This document shows, piece after piece, positions 18,486 to 27,852 of a stretch of DNA of 45,404 nt. The stretch is from the NCBI GenBank assembly GCA_964521905.1, contig CAZFUQ010000002.1, positions 1 through 45,404 on the forward strand. The letters run 5' to 3'. The notes below the pieces were generated by a model, which ran no database searches, was not told the origin of the DNA, and was given only the letters and a program-made list of their open reading frames with translations. Position 1 is the stretch's first letter. Every line of letters begins with the position of its first letter. The position numbers and the translations under genes are program-made. The stretch is from an uncultured Cellulosimicrobium sp. GTDB lineage: Bacteria > Actinomycetota > Actinomycetes > Actinomycetales > Cellulomonadaceae.

Positions 18486-19763
18486 CTATCGCTCGAACGT
18501 CCACTCGCGGTCGGTGAGCATCCGCGCGACGGCGAGCCCGATCGCGAGCGCGACGATGACCAGCCCCGCCTCGACCGTGTAGGCGAGCGCCTGAGCCGTC
18601 TCCCCGGAGTTGAACTCGTACACCGCTCGGTACGCCGTAACCCCCGGGACCATGATCACGACCGCGGGCACGGACACCGTGATCCGAGGGACGCGCAGCG
18701 CCGGCGCGACGTACGCGGCGAGCAGGCCCACGAGCAGCGCGGCCGCCGCGGCAGCCGCCTGGGGCACCACGGCAGCGTCGACGAGCGCGAGCCGGCCCAC
18801 GTTCGCGACCATCCCGATCGAGGCCGCGCCCACCGCCATCCCCCACGGGCTGTTGAACATGAGGGCGAAGCCGAGCACGCCGAGGAAGCTCGCGACGGCA
18901 CGGAGCACGAGCAGGAGCGGCGCCTCGATCCCCGGGGGCGGGACGGGGTCCGGCGCCAGCCCGGCGGCGGCCGACACCCCCCACACCGCCAGCGCGGCGG
19001 ACGCGAGGATCATGAGCGCGTACGTCACGCGCGCGACCCCGGCGGAGAAGTCGAGCTTCGCGAGGTCCAGGGCGCCCGTCACGAGCGCGAACCCCGGGAC
19101 GAGGAACAGCACGGCGGAGACGTATCCCGCCTCGTGCGTCTCCACGTCACCGGCAAGGGTGCCGAGGCCCTGGACCAGTCCGAGGTACGCGACGCTCGCG
19201 ACCGCGGCCGCCAGCATCGTCACACCGAACTGGTTGATGCCGCGGTGCAGCATCGCGCGTCGCAGACCCTGCCCGAGCGCGGCGGCGACGAGCACGGCAC
19301 CGCACTCGACCACCCCGCCGTTGTTGAGGAACGCGAACGCCGCGCACGCGATCCCCGCCCACAGCGCGTTGAGGAGCGCACCGTAGAGCAGGGGCTTGTG
19401 CGCGATGCGGTCCAGCTCCGCGTCGACGGCGCCGAGGTCGGCGCCCTCCGGGAGCGCGGACGAGAACCGCTCGAGCTGGGCCAGCCGGTCGGCGTTGATC
19501 CCGACGGAGCGCACCTCCGTGAGCTCGGTCCGGAAGATCGGGCCCCGGTACGACGTCGCCGTGATCTCCGTGAGCGTCACGTGCGCCGCGATGCGGTCGA
19601 GCCCCAGCGCGTGGGCGGCACGTGTCATGTGCGACTTCACGCGATAGCTGCCGGTGCCCGCGGAGAGCGCGAGCCGACCGATCCGCAGCACCGTGCCCGA
19701 TCGCCGGATGAGGTCGACGGGCTCGAGGCCGGCCTCGTCGGCCGTGGAGGGCTCAGGCTTCAC
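18486..19763 (-). CDS. Threonine/serine exporter family protein (ThrE plus ThrE_2 domains)
   Basis: LSAGTGSYRVK, GINADRL, LFLVPGFALVT and VVIMVPG...AY, with about 10 TM segments. The start is placed at GTG 19763 because the longer ORF runs through a tRNA. Confidence 0.88.
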   Translation of the reverse strand: MKPEPSTADEAGLEPVDLIRRSGTVLRIGRLALSAGTGSYRVKSHMTRAAHALGLDRIAAHVTLTEITATSYRGPIFRTELTEVRSVGINADRLAQLERFSSALPEGADLGAVDAELDRIAHKPLLYGALLNALWAGIACAAFAFLNNGGVVECGAVLVAAALGQGLRRAMLHRGINQFGVTMLAAAVASVAYLGLVQGLGTLAGDVETHEAGYVSAVLFLVPGFALVTGALDLAKLDFSAGVARVTYALMILASAALAVWGVSAAAGLAPDPVPPPGIEAPLLLVLRAVASFLGVLGFALMFNSPWGMAVGAASIGMVANVGRLALVDAAVVPQAAAAAAALLVGLLAAYVAPALRVPRITVSVPAVVIMVPGVTAYRAVYEFNSGETAQALAYTVEAGLVIVALAIGLAVARMLTDREWTFER

Positions 19764-19848
19764 ACGCCCATGATCCCGTACGCCACCACGCCCGGCACGC
19801 GCCGAAGGTCCCTGACAGGTGGGGCGCCGGCCCGTCACCCGACGCAGA

Positions 19849-19879
19849 ACGCGGGGCACCGTGAGACGGTGCCCCGCGT
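19849..19879 (-). terminator. Hairpin downstream of tRNA-Ser(TGA)
   Basis: ACGCGGGGCACCGT-GAG-ACGGTGCCCCGCGT, a 14-bp perfect stem. Confidence 0.65.
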
Positions 19880-19885
19880 CGACGG

Positions 19886-19970
19886 CGGAGGGCGAGGGAT
19901 TCGAACCCCCGGTTCCTTGCGGAACAACGGTTTTCAAGACCGTCACATTAGGCCGCTCTGTCAGCCCTCC
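19886..19970 (-). tRNA. tRNA-Ser(TGA)
   Basis: GGAGGGC acceptor stem, anticodon arm ACGGT-CTTGAAA-ACCGT, long variable arm and GGTTCGAATCC; 85 nt. Confidence 0.96.
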
Positions 19971-20005
19971 CGGCGAGCCATTGTGGCACGCCCGGACCGA
20001 GCACG

Positions 20006-20045
20006 ACGACGGCGGACCACCCCGTGGAGGGCGGCCCGCCGTCGT
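20006..20045 (-). terminator. Hairpin downstream of the conservon
   Basis: ACGACGGCGG...CCGCCGTCGT, a 10-bp outer stem with an imperfect inner extension. Confidence 0.45.
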
Positions 20046-20070
20046 GCGGTGGTACCGGGTGCGGGAGGCG

Positions 20071-21084
20071 TCAGGCCGCCCCGCGGAGCTGGCGCATCGC
20101 GAGCTGGACGAGCGCGATGAGCGTCTGCTTGGTCGCCGCGCGCGAACGGGCGTCCGTGTAGAGCATGGGCACGTGCGCGGGGACCTGCAGCGCCTCGCGG
20201 ACGTCCTCGAGCTTGTGCTTGGCCACGCCGTCGAAGCAGTTGACGCCCACGACGAACGGGATGTTGCGCGACTCGAAGTAGTCGATCGCCGGGAAGCACT
20301 GCTCGAGGCGGTCGGTGTCGACGAGCACGACGGCACCGATCGCACCGCGCACCAGGTCGTCCCACATGAACAGGAAGCGGTCCTGGCCGGGCGTCCCGAA
20401 GAGGTACATCCAGAGGTTCCCGGGGAGGGAGACGCGGCCGAAGTCCATCGCCGTGGTGGTCGTCGTCTTGCGGTCGGTCACGCCACCCGCGTCGTCGACG
20501 CCCACCGAGTGCTCCGTCATGGCGGCCTCGGTGTTGAGTGGCTCCACGTCGGAGATCGAGCCGATGAACGTCGTCTTGCCCACGGCGAAGCCGCCGGCGA
20601 CGACGATCTTGACGACCGTCGGTGCGGTACGCGGCTGCGCCGCTGCGCCGCCGCCCTGGGCACCGGCGACCGGCTGCGGCGCGGTGCGCGGCTGCGCCGC
20701 GACGGCGACCGGGGCCGCCTGCACGGTGGCCGCCGGACGAGGCGCCGCCTGCGCGGGCCCGGCAGGCTGCTGCGCCGTCGGTGCCGGGTGACCTGCAGGG
20801 GGCTGCGCGGACGCCGTCGGGGCCGGCTGCGCCGGGCGGGCGGGCGCGGGCTGCTGGACGGGTGCGGGCTGCGCGGACGTCTGCCGGACGGGCGCGGGCT
20901 GGGCCGGCCGTGCCGGTGCCTGCGGGGGCCGTGCCGCCGGGGCTCCGCCGCCGATGGGCGCGCTCACCGGAGCCCACGACGTCTGGCGTACCGCGGGCTG
21001 CCCGCCCGACGCGCCACCGAACCCCCCGGACGGCTGCCCGGCCTGCGACGCGCTGCCCGAGCCGTCAGAGGGTGGAAATGCCAT
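20071..21084 (-). CDS. Conservon small GTPase (CvnD/MglA-like) with a long Pro/Ala/Gln N-terminal extension
   Basis: KIVVAGGFAVGKTT, TTTAMDFG, LFGTPGQDRFLFMW and NCFD. The start overlaps the end of the DUF742 gene. Confidence 0.9.
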   Translation of the reverse strand: MAFPPSDGSGSASQAGQPSGGFGGASGGQPAVRQTSWAPVSAPIGGGAPAARPPQAPARPAQPAPVRQTSAQPAPVQQPAPARPAQPAPTASAQPPAGHPAPTAQQPAGPAQAAPRPAATVQAAPVAVAAQPRTAPQPVAGAQGGGAAAQPRTAPTVVKIVVAGGFAVGKTTFIGSISDVEPLNTEAAMTEHSVGVDDAGGVTDRKTTTTTAMDFGRVSLPGNLWMYLFGTPGQDRFLFMWDDLVRGAIGAVVLVDTDRLEQCFPAIDYFESRNIPFVVGVNCFDGVAKHKLEDVREALQVPAHVPMLYTDARSRAATKQTLIALVQLAMRQLRGAA

Positions 21085-21475
21085 TGAGAACACTCTCCAA
21101 GACGCTCAGGGACAGACCCGAGTGGTTGCTGCCGTGCCCCGTGTGGACGTTGAGCGGGGTCGACGTGTGGACGGTGATGTAGTTGTCCTCCTGCAGGTCC
21201 GCGACGAGCACCTTCGTCACGCCGAGCGGGAGCCGCAGGAGTGCGGAGAGCTCGGCGATCGAGACGTACGTGTGCGCGGCGTGCTGGAGGATCGAGCGCT
21301 TCTCGGGCGGGAGCCCGTAGCTGTTCACGGCGCCGGGCATGACCTCGACGAGTGCCTCGAGCGGGAGGTCGGACGTGGCGGAGCGCACGCGACCACCCGT
21401 GACGGCGTACGGACGGACCGTCGCCGTCTCATACCCGTCGTGGGCTCCCATGCTGCCGAAAGGTACGTTCGTCAT
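21065..21475 (-). CDS. DUF742 winged-helix protein (CvnC-like)
   Basis: VRPYAVTGGR, SIAELSALLRLPLGVTKVLVADL and LESVLNGI. Confidence 0.9.
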   Translation of the reverse strand: MTNVPFGSMGAHDGYETATVRPYAVTGGRVRSATSDLPLEALVEVMPGAVNSYGLPPEKRSILQHAAHTYVSIAELSALLRLPLGVTKVLVADLQEDNYITVHTSTPLNVHTGHGSNHSGLSLSVLESVLNGISTL

Positions 21476-21485
21476 CGATCAGACC

Positions 21486-21935
21486 TCATCCCACCGGGGC
21501 TCGTGTCGCACCGTCGACGGGGAGGCTACCCCGCATCTCCGAGATCAGCTGCGGCGTCAGGGTCGCCTCCGTGCGCGAGACCAGGAGCGCCATCTCGTAG
21601 CCGATCAGCCCGATGTCGCAGTTGGCCTCCGCCACGACGCCGAGCACGGACCCGTTCGACACGTTCATGAGGAACAGGAATCCGTTGTCCATCTCGATGA
21701 TGGCCTGGCGGACGTTGCCCCCGTTGAGCTGGCGGGCAGCGCCGCGGGTGAGGCTCGACATCCCCGAGACGATCGCAGAGAGCTGGTCACCGCTGGTCCG
21801 GTCGAGCTGGTCGGACATCGCCATGAGCAGTCCGTCGGCAGACACGACGAGCGTGTGCCGGCTGCCCGGGACCGTTCGCACGAAGTTGTCGAGCAGCCAC
21901 CCGAAGTTGGTTGCCTCGGTGCTGAGCGCGTTCAC
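21486..21935 (-). CDS. Roadblock/LC7 domain protein (CvnB/MglB-like)
   Basis: GAGGAGG RBS. WLLDNFV...VVSADGL...LSAIVSG...VRQAIIEM...IGYEMALL. Confidence 0.92.
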   Translation of the reverse strand: MNALSTEATNFGWLLDNFVRTVPGSRHTLVVSADGLLMAMSDQLDRTSGDQLSAIVSGMSSLTRGAARQLNGGNVRQAIIEMDNGFLFLMNVSNGSVLGVVAEANCDIGLIGYEMALLVSRTEATLTPQLISEMRGSLPVDGATRAPVG

Positions 21936-21972
21936 TCTTCCTCCTCGTCAGTTGCCGCAGACGGCATTGTCG

Positions 21973-24900
21973 TCACCGCGCCTGCGGCGCTGAATCAGGC
22001 ACATAATCCATGGACTGGGGGGTCCACGTCGAACCGGTCTCGTCCTTGCTCTCGACGCGACCGCGTGCAGTAGCCGACTGGAAGGCCGACAGGCGGGCCC
22101 GCAGCTGCTCCGGGTCACGGTCGATGCTCGCCGTGAAGCGGTCCACGTAACCCTCTCGCTCCTGCCCGCGCGCACGCCGGGTCAATCCCGAGGTCGTCGT
22201 CGTCGCGTCGACCTGGAGGGGCTGGTAGATGCCGTCGTTGGGGTCCGCCAAAGTCGCTTCCTGGAAGTCGGTGCTGCCCTGCAGCAGGGTGGACATCTCC
22301 TCGTACAGCACCGCCGACGCCATCCAGTCCGAGCGTGCCTCGACGGAGTCCGCGATGTAGCCGGGCTCGAGCGGCTCGAGCCCCTCCTGGACGGGACGGC
22401 GCACGAGGGGCGACGGCGGGCCGTAGCCCGCCGGCGCCTCGGTCGCGGCCGGGGCCTGCGCCTGGGCGACAGGAGCGGGGGCCACCGGGGCCGCCGTCCA
22501 GGCGTCACGCTGCGCCGCCGGGACCGACGAGGTCTCGGTGGGCTCGTAGGCCTGCTCGACGGGCGTGTACGCCGGCTGGGCCGGTGCGGACGTCGGCGCC
22601 GCGTACCCGACGGGCTCGGCGTCCTGGATCGCCGGCATCACGCTCGTCTGGTGGACGGGCGCGGCCGCGGGGGCGAACCCACCACCGTTCGGCGCGGCGG
22701 GGGCCGTCGGTGCCGGACCCGTGCGCGGCGCGAACGCGGACGCGCGGGTGGGGGCGCTCGTCTCCTGAGCGGGTGCAGGCGCCTGAGCGGCGGGTGCCGG
22801 AGCAGCGGGTGCCGCCTCAGCGGGTGCCTGCGCGGGCGAGCCGGCCGGACGCGACGAGAGCGCCTCGGGCGAAGGACCGCCGACGCCCGTCGCGAGCGGC
22901 ACGGCCGACGTCCGGGGACGGCGACCGAAGATCCCCCGCTTGCGTGCCTGGCTCTCGCGGAGGGACCGGCGCGTCGGCAGGTCCGCCATGAGCTCCTCGA
23001 AGCGGGGCAGGGCCTCGAACGTGAGCTCGGCCGGGATGTCCTCGCCGTCCGCACCGGGCGCGCCCGCCTCGACGACGGGCACGTCGGGCACGTGCGCCGT
23101 CGACTGCGCGACGACCGGCGACTGGCGCGTGGCGGACGGGTCCGCCGGCTGCTGGGCGAACGGCGACTCCTGCGGCACCCGCTCACCCAGCGGGACGCGC
23201 GTCACGGTCGTCTCGTCGATGACGGGTTCGGCCGGGACCGGCGCGACGACGCGTGTCGCGTCGAGGCTGTCGCCGAACGCGGTCTGGGGAGCCCAGGCCT
23301 CCTCCACGGGCTGCTCGGCGGACCAGGCGGCGGGGTCCTCCTGGACCTCCTGCGCCCAGGTCGCCGCAGGCTGCTGCGTCGCCCAGGCGTCCTGCCGGAC
23401 GGGCGCGGGCGCCGTGGGCAGCTCGGCCACGAGCGGGATGTCGGTCGCGCTGACGTCCGGTGCGGCCTGGAGCTCGACGGGGTTCTCCTCCGCCGGGCGG
23501 TCCCCGACCGGACGGAAGCTCGAGAAGAGCGCGCTACGGGTGCTCACGTCGAGGACCGGGACCTCCTCGGACTCCGGCTCGACGGGCGGGGCCGCCGTGC
23601 GGGAGCGGCTCGGGAGCGTCGAGCTCGCGGGGGCCACCTCCTCCGGCGGGGTCCAGGCCTCGTCGGCGTCACCGGTGGGGAGCTCGTCCGGGAGCGTCGG
23701 GGACGCGAGCGGGGGAAGCACGATCGCCCCCGTCTGGGGACCGGACGCGAAGGACGCGCTCGGCGCGGCCCCCGCGGGGTCGACGGAGCGGGAGCGACGG
23801 CGCGGCATGCCCGTCTGCGTGGTCCCGTCGGTGAGCGCCTCGAGGTCGACGGGGATCGCGAGCGGGGCCTCGGGCTCCACCGTGGCGAACGACGACGTCG
23901 CGGGCGGCTGCGTCGTCGGGAACGAGGACGTCGCGGTGGGAGCCGGGGCGGCCGCGGGCAGCGCCGGCATGACGCCGGTACCCGTGAGCTGGTGCGCCGC
24001 GGTCTGGGTGGTCGTCTCGAGCGGGTCCGTCGGCATCGGGAGCGGGACGTTCGAGTCCGGGACGAAGAGCACGGCCGGGAAGGAGACGGTGACCTCGGTC
24101 CCGGTCTCGTCCGGGCCGGCCGCGAAGGTGACCCGCGCGCCCAGACGGTCGGCGATACGGCCGACGACGTAGAGGCCCAGGCGCTGCGCGCCGACCACGT
24201 CGGTGGCGGCGTGCGTCGCGACCTTGCGGTTCGCGTCACCGATCTCCTCGGCCGTCATGCCCAGGCCGTGGTCGCGGATCGTCACGCGGACGAAGCGCTC
24301 GTCGCGCCCCGTCGTGACCTCGACCGGCGTGTGCGGCTCGGAGAACATCGTCGCGTTCTCCAGGAGCTCGGCGAGCAGGTGCGCCGCGTTGAGCGCGTTG
24401 TGCCCGAGCATGAGCGGGTCGACGACGAGGTTGAGGCGGACGCGGTCGTACAGCTCGATCTCGGACGACGCCGTACGGATGACGTCCGACGCCGGCATGG
24501 GCTGGCGCACACGACGGCCCGAGTCGATGCCGGCGAGGACGAGGAGCGACTCCGCGTTACGGCGCATCCGCGTCGCGAGGTGGTCCAGGCGGAAGAGGTT
24601 CGACAGCGTCCCCGGGTCCTCCTCGGAGCGCTCGAGGTCGTCGAGGAAGGCGAGCTGCCGGTTGAGGAGCACCTGGTCGCGACGCGCGACGTTGACGAAC
24701 ATCTCGGCGATCGAGCCACGCAGCGCGGCCTGCTCGCGGGCGACCTTGACGGTCGTCGAGTTCACGTCGTTGAACGCGGTCGCGAGCTGACCGACCTCGT
24801 CGCTGGACTCGACCGTGATCGGCGCGAGGTCGATGGCCGGGCCCTGGCCCGGGACGGCGACCTGCTCCACCAGTCGCGGGAGCTGGTCACGGACGTCCTC

Positions 24901-25929
24901 GGCCGCGTCGGTCAGGCGGCGCAGCGGGTTGACGATCGCGCGGGCGATGAGGCCCGCGATGAGGACCGAGGCGATGACGGCGGCGACCGTGAGGAGGATC
25001 GTGAAGACCGCCTGCGTCGTCGCGCCGCTGGCGAGCGAGGACGCCTCGTCCGCCGTCTCGGTGCGGACCGTGTCACGCACGGGTGTCGTCGCGTCGCGGT
25101 CTGCCTGCGACATGGTCGGCCACTCGTTGGCCTGGCTGGGCGGCGTCGCGCCCGGCCGGGAGCCGGTGATGTTTCCGCGGACCTGGGTGTACGTCGCGCC
25201 GAACCCGTCGAGGACCAGGTCGCCGGGCAGGTCGCGCACCGCGATCCTGGTCTCGGTGGCGAGCGTGTTGCCCGTGGTGACGAGGACGGCCACGCGCTGG
25301 TTGGCGTTCGTGGTGTCCTCGCCGCGCTGCGCGGCCTGGAGCACCTCGTTGACGAGGGGCTGCTCGAGCGCCTGCTGGGCGAGCAGCTCGTCGAGCAGCA
25401 CGTACGTGTCGAGGTACTGCGCGAGGCCACGGTCCGGGGTCGTGTCCGCGAGCGTGCGGGGCACGTCGAGCGCGGCGGAGATGAGACCCGTGTACGAGTT
25501 CGTCCGGCTGACCTCTCCCAGGCCCGACCGGTCGATGCTCTGGCGGACCGCGGTGAGCTCCCGGCGGTCCGCGATCGTGTCCTTGAGGGCGTCCCGCACG
25601 CGCTGGTCGAGCGCCGACGTGTTGAGCTTCTCGTACGCGCGGTCACGCGCGTCGAGCGCCTTGTCCGTCTGCTCGCGCTGCGCCATCATCTGCTCGTTGG
25701 CGCCCTCGGCACCCCGGGCGTCGAGGATCGAGAGCGTGCGCTCTGCCGCGATCTCGGAACCGGCCGTGTCCTGCGCGGCGAGCGCGGCGACGAGCGCGCT
25801 CGTCTGGCTCGCGTCCCGAGCCGATCCGATCGCCTGCCCCGAGATGATCGCCGCGGCGACGAACAGGACGAGGACGGGCACGGCGAGGGCCGCAAGGATC
25901 TTCCCTCGAACGCTCAACCTGCGGAGCAT
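21973..25929 (-). CDS. Conservon sensor (CvnA-like): TM, NIT-like sensor, TM, HAMP, HATPase and a long low-complexity tail
   Basis: HAMP PLRRLTDAA...DEVGQLATAFN, LFRLDHLATRMRRNAESLLVLAG, N-box LAELLENA, DHGLGM and LGLYVV; C-terminal LSAFQSA..RGR. Confidence 0.9.
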   Translation of the reverse strand: MLRRLSVRGKILAALAVPVLVLFVAAAIISGQAIGSARDASQTSALVAALAAQDTAGSEIAAERTLSILDARGAEGANEQMMAQREQTDKALDARDRAYEKLNTSALDQRVRDALKDTIADRRELTAVRQSIDRSGLGEVSRTNSYTGLISAALDVPRTLADTTPDRGLAQYLDTYVLLDELLAQQALEQPLVNEVLQAAQRGEDTTNANQRVAVLVTTGNTLATETRIAVRDLPGDLVLDGFGATYTQVRGNITGSRPGATPPSQANEWPTMSQADRDATTPVRDTVRTETADEASSLASGATTQAVFTILLTVAAVIASVLIAGLIARAIVNPLRRLTDAAEDVRDQLPRLVEQVAVPGQGPAIDLAPITVESSDEVGQLATAFNDVNSTTVKVAREQAALRGSIAEMFVNVARRDQVLLNRQLAFLDDLERSEEDPGTLSNLFRLDHLATRMRRNAESLLVLAGIDSGRRVRQPMPASDVIRTASSEIELYDRVRLNLVVDPLMLGHNALNAAHLLAELLENATMFSEPHTPVEVTTGRDERFVRVTIRDHGLGMTAEEIGDANRKVATHAATDVVGAQRLGLYVVGRIADRLGARVTFAAGPDETGTEVTVSFPAVLFVPDSNVPLPMPTDPLETTTQTAAHQLTGTGVMPALPAAAPAPTATSSFPTTQPPATSSFATVEPEAPLAIPVDLEALTDGTTQTGMPRRRSRSVDPAGAAPSASFASGPQTGAIVLPPLASPTLPDELPTGDADEAWTPPEEVAPASSTLPSRSRTAAPPVEPESEEVPVLDVSTRSALFSSFRPVGDRPAEENPVELQAAPDVSATDIPLVAELPTAPAPVRQDAWATQQPAATWAQEVQEDPAAWSAEQPVEEAWAPQTAFGDSLDATRVVAPVPAEPVIDETTVTRVPLGERVPQESPFAQQPADPSATRQSPVVAQSTAHVPDVPVVEAGAPGADGEDIPAELTFEALPRFEELMADLPTRRSLRESQARKRGIFGRRPRTSAVPLATGVGGPSPEALSSRPAGSPAQAPAEAAPAAPAPAAQAPAPAQETSAPTRASAFAPRTGPAPTAPAAPNGGGFAPAAAPVHQTSVMPAIQDAEPVGYAAPTSAPAQPAYTPVEQAYEPTETSSVPAAQRDAWTAAPVAPAPVAQAQAPAATEAPAGYGPPSPLVRRPVQEGLEPLEPGYIADSVEARSDWMASAVLYEEMSTLLQGSTDFQEATLADPNDGIYQPLQVDATTTTSGLTRRARGQEREGYVDRFTASIDRDPEQLRARLSAFQSATARGRVESKDETGSTWTPQSMDYVPDSAPQAR

Positions 25930-26139
25930 ACGAACCTGCCTCCATCACCCTGGTCCACCCGGCTCGGCGGCGGTCGGCGCGCGGCGGCGGCGCCTCCCGG
26001 AACTTGCCCGCTCCCCGGTCGTGCGTACTAACTATCGGTGCACATCCCCCGGACACCTAATCCGCGAGGAAGCGCGACCATCCACGCGTCTCCGACGGCA
26101 ACCCGGCGCCTCCCGGGCAGGCCGCGTAGTCTCGGCGAG

Positions 26140-27117
26140 ATGCGAGGCGTCACGATATCGGCCCCCGGTGGCCCTGCGAAACTAACGGTTTCCGAGCTCC
26201 CTGACCAGACCCCTGGCCCGGATGATCTCGTCCTGCGCGTCGCTTCCGCTGGCGTGAACCATGCTGACCTGCTACAACGCGCTGGATCATACCCTCCTCC
26301 GGCCGGCGCCCCGGACTGGCCGGGCCTCGAGGTGTCGGGAACGGTCGCCGCCGTCGGCGGCTCCGTGACCGGCTGGTCGGTCGGCGACCGGGTCGTCGCG
26401 CTGCTCGACGGCGGCGGGTACGCCGAGGAGGTCCGCGTACGCGCGACGCAGGTGCTCCCCGTCCCCGAGGGTGTCGACCTCGTCGACGCGGCCGCCCTGC
26501 CGGAGGCGGCGTGCACCGTCTGGAGCAACGTCGTGGACGTCGGGCGCCTCGCCAGGGACGAGTGGCTCCTGGTGCACGGCGGCTCGGGCGGCGTCGGCAC
26601 GATCGCGGTGCAGGTGGCCGCCGCCCTCGGGGCGAAGGTCGCCGTCACGGCCGGCGGGCGGGAGCGCGCGGACCGGTGCCTGGCGCTCGGGGCGAGCCTC
26701 GCCGTCGACCACCGTACGGAGGACTTCGTGGCCGCCGTACGGGAGGCGACCGAGGGGCGGGGCGCGGACGTGGTGCTGGACGTCGTCGGCGCCGCGTACC
26801 TCGGGCGCAACGTCGAGGTGCTCGCCACGGGCGGGCGGCTCGTCGTCATCGGGATGCAGAAGGGCCGGCGCGCGGAGCTCGACCTGGCGCGGCTCCTGGC
26901 GCGCCGGGCGACCGTCACGGGCACGCTGCTGCGCTCGCGCCCGGCGCACGAGAAGGCCCGGATCGTCCACGAGGTCCTCACGCACGTGTGGCCGATGGTC
27001 GAGGACGGACGGGTCCGGCCCGTCGTGCACGCGCGGGTCCCGCTCGACGAGGCGGCGCGGGCCCACGAGATGCTCGAGTCGGGCCAGGTGTTCGGGAAGG
27101 TGCTCCTCGTCCCCTGA
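26140..27117 (+). CDS. NAD(P)H-quinone oxidoreductase (PIG3/zeta-crystallin MDR family)
   Basis: GVNHADLLQ, PGLEVSG, GGGYAE, LVHGGSGGVG and FGKVLL. The ATG at 26140 lies 7 nt after TAGTCT. Confidence 0.92.
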   Translation: MRGVTISAPGGPAKLTVSELPDQTPGPDDLVLRVASAGVNHADLLQRAGSYPPPAGAPDWPGLEVSGTVAAVGGSVTGWSVGDRVVALLDGGGYAEEVRVRATQVLPVPEGVDLVDAAALPEAACTVWSNVVDVGRLARDEWLLVHGGSGGVGTIAVQVAAALGAKVAVTAGGRERADRCLALGASLAVDHRTEDFVAAVREATEGRGADVVLDVVGAAYLGRNVEVLATGGRLVVIGMQKGRRAELDLARLLARRATVTGTLLRSRPAHEKARIVHEVLTHVWPMVEDGRVRPVVHARVPLDEAARAHEMLESGQVFGKVLLVP

Positions 27118-27172
27118 CAAGGTCGTGGGCGCCGTCGCTGCGCGCGAGGGCACCTCGCGCAAGACTGGACCC

Positions 27173-27793
27173 ATGGCTGACGAACCCCGCGACCCCCGCA
27201 CCGACGAGCCGGGCAAGGGCCGGGCCCCCGCAGACGAACCCGCGCGGGCCACGGTGGTCATGCCCGACGGGACGGGCGTGAACGTCGTCGGGAGCGACGA
27301 CTCCACCGACCCCGACCGCAACCCCGCGACCGTCATCGAGGAGCCCGCCAAGGTCATGCGCATCGGCGGCATGATCAAGAAGCTCCTCGACGAGGTGCGC
27401 GACGCCCCGCTCGACGAGGCCGCGCGCTCGCGCCTCGCCGAGATCCACGAGCGCTCCCTGACCGAGCTCGAGGAGGGTCTGTCGCCCGACCTGGTCGCCG
27501 AGCTGCACCGCATCACGCTGCCCTTCTCGGACGACACGGTGCCGACGGACGCGGAGCTGCGCGTGGCGCAGGCCCAGCTCGTCGGGTGGCTCGAGGGGCT
27601 GTTCCACGGCATCCAGACGGCGCTCGTGGCCCAGCAGATGGCCGCGCAGGCACAGCTCTCGCAGATCCGTCGCGCGCTGCCGCCCGGGTCGCTGCCCCCG
27701 ATGGGCCCCACCGGCCCCGGCGGTGCGCCCGGGCAGCCCGGCCCGCGGCCCGACGAGCACGACGGCCGCCCCTCGCCCGGGCAGTACCTCTAG
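27173..27793 (+). CDS. bpa: Bacterial proteasome activator (Bpa/PafE, DUF2587)
   Basis: PAKVMRIG.MIK.LLDEVR, ELRVAQAQLVGWLEGLFHGIQ and the C-terminal GQYL proteasome-docking motif. Confidence 0.95.
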   Translation: MADEPRDPRTDEPGKGRAPADEPARATVVMPDGTGVNVVGSDDSTDPDRNPATVIEEPAKVMRIGGMIKKLLDEVRDAPLDEAARSRLAEIHERSLTELEEGLSPDLVAELHRITLPFSDDTVPTDAELRVAQAQLVGWLEGLFHGIQTALVAQQMAAQAQLSQIRRALPPGSLPPMGPTGPGGAPGQPGPRPDEHDGRPSPGQYL

Positions 27794-27852
27794 AGCAGCA
27801 CCTCGAGAACGGGGACGAGCACGGGGTGGCGGGAGCGACGTCGTGCTCGAGG

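Noticed and set aside
18305..19970. Island integrated at either tRNA-Ser
   Set aside because: No duplicated tRNA-Ser 3' fragment was noticed, and composition is host-like.
19764..20345. N-terminal extension of the ThrE ORF (619-aa version)
   Set aside because: It overlaps tRNA-Ser(TGA) and the GTPase gene.
22651..26031. 1126-aa plus-strand ORF and similar antisense ORFs elsewhere (e.g. 7025-9550, 1459-3771)
   Set aside because: They are antisense shadows of well-supported genes; stop codons are simply rare in these frames.
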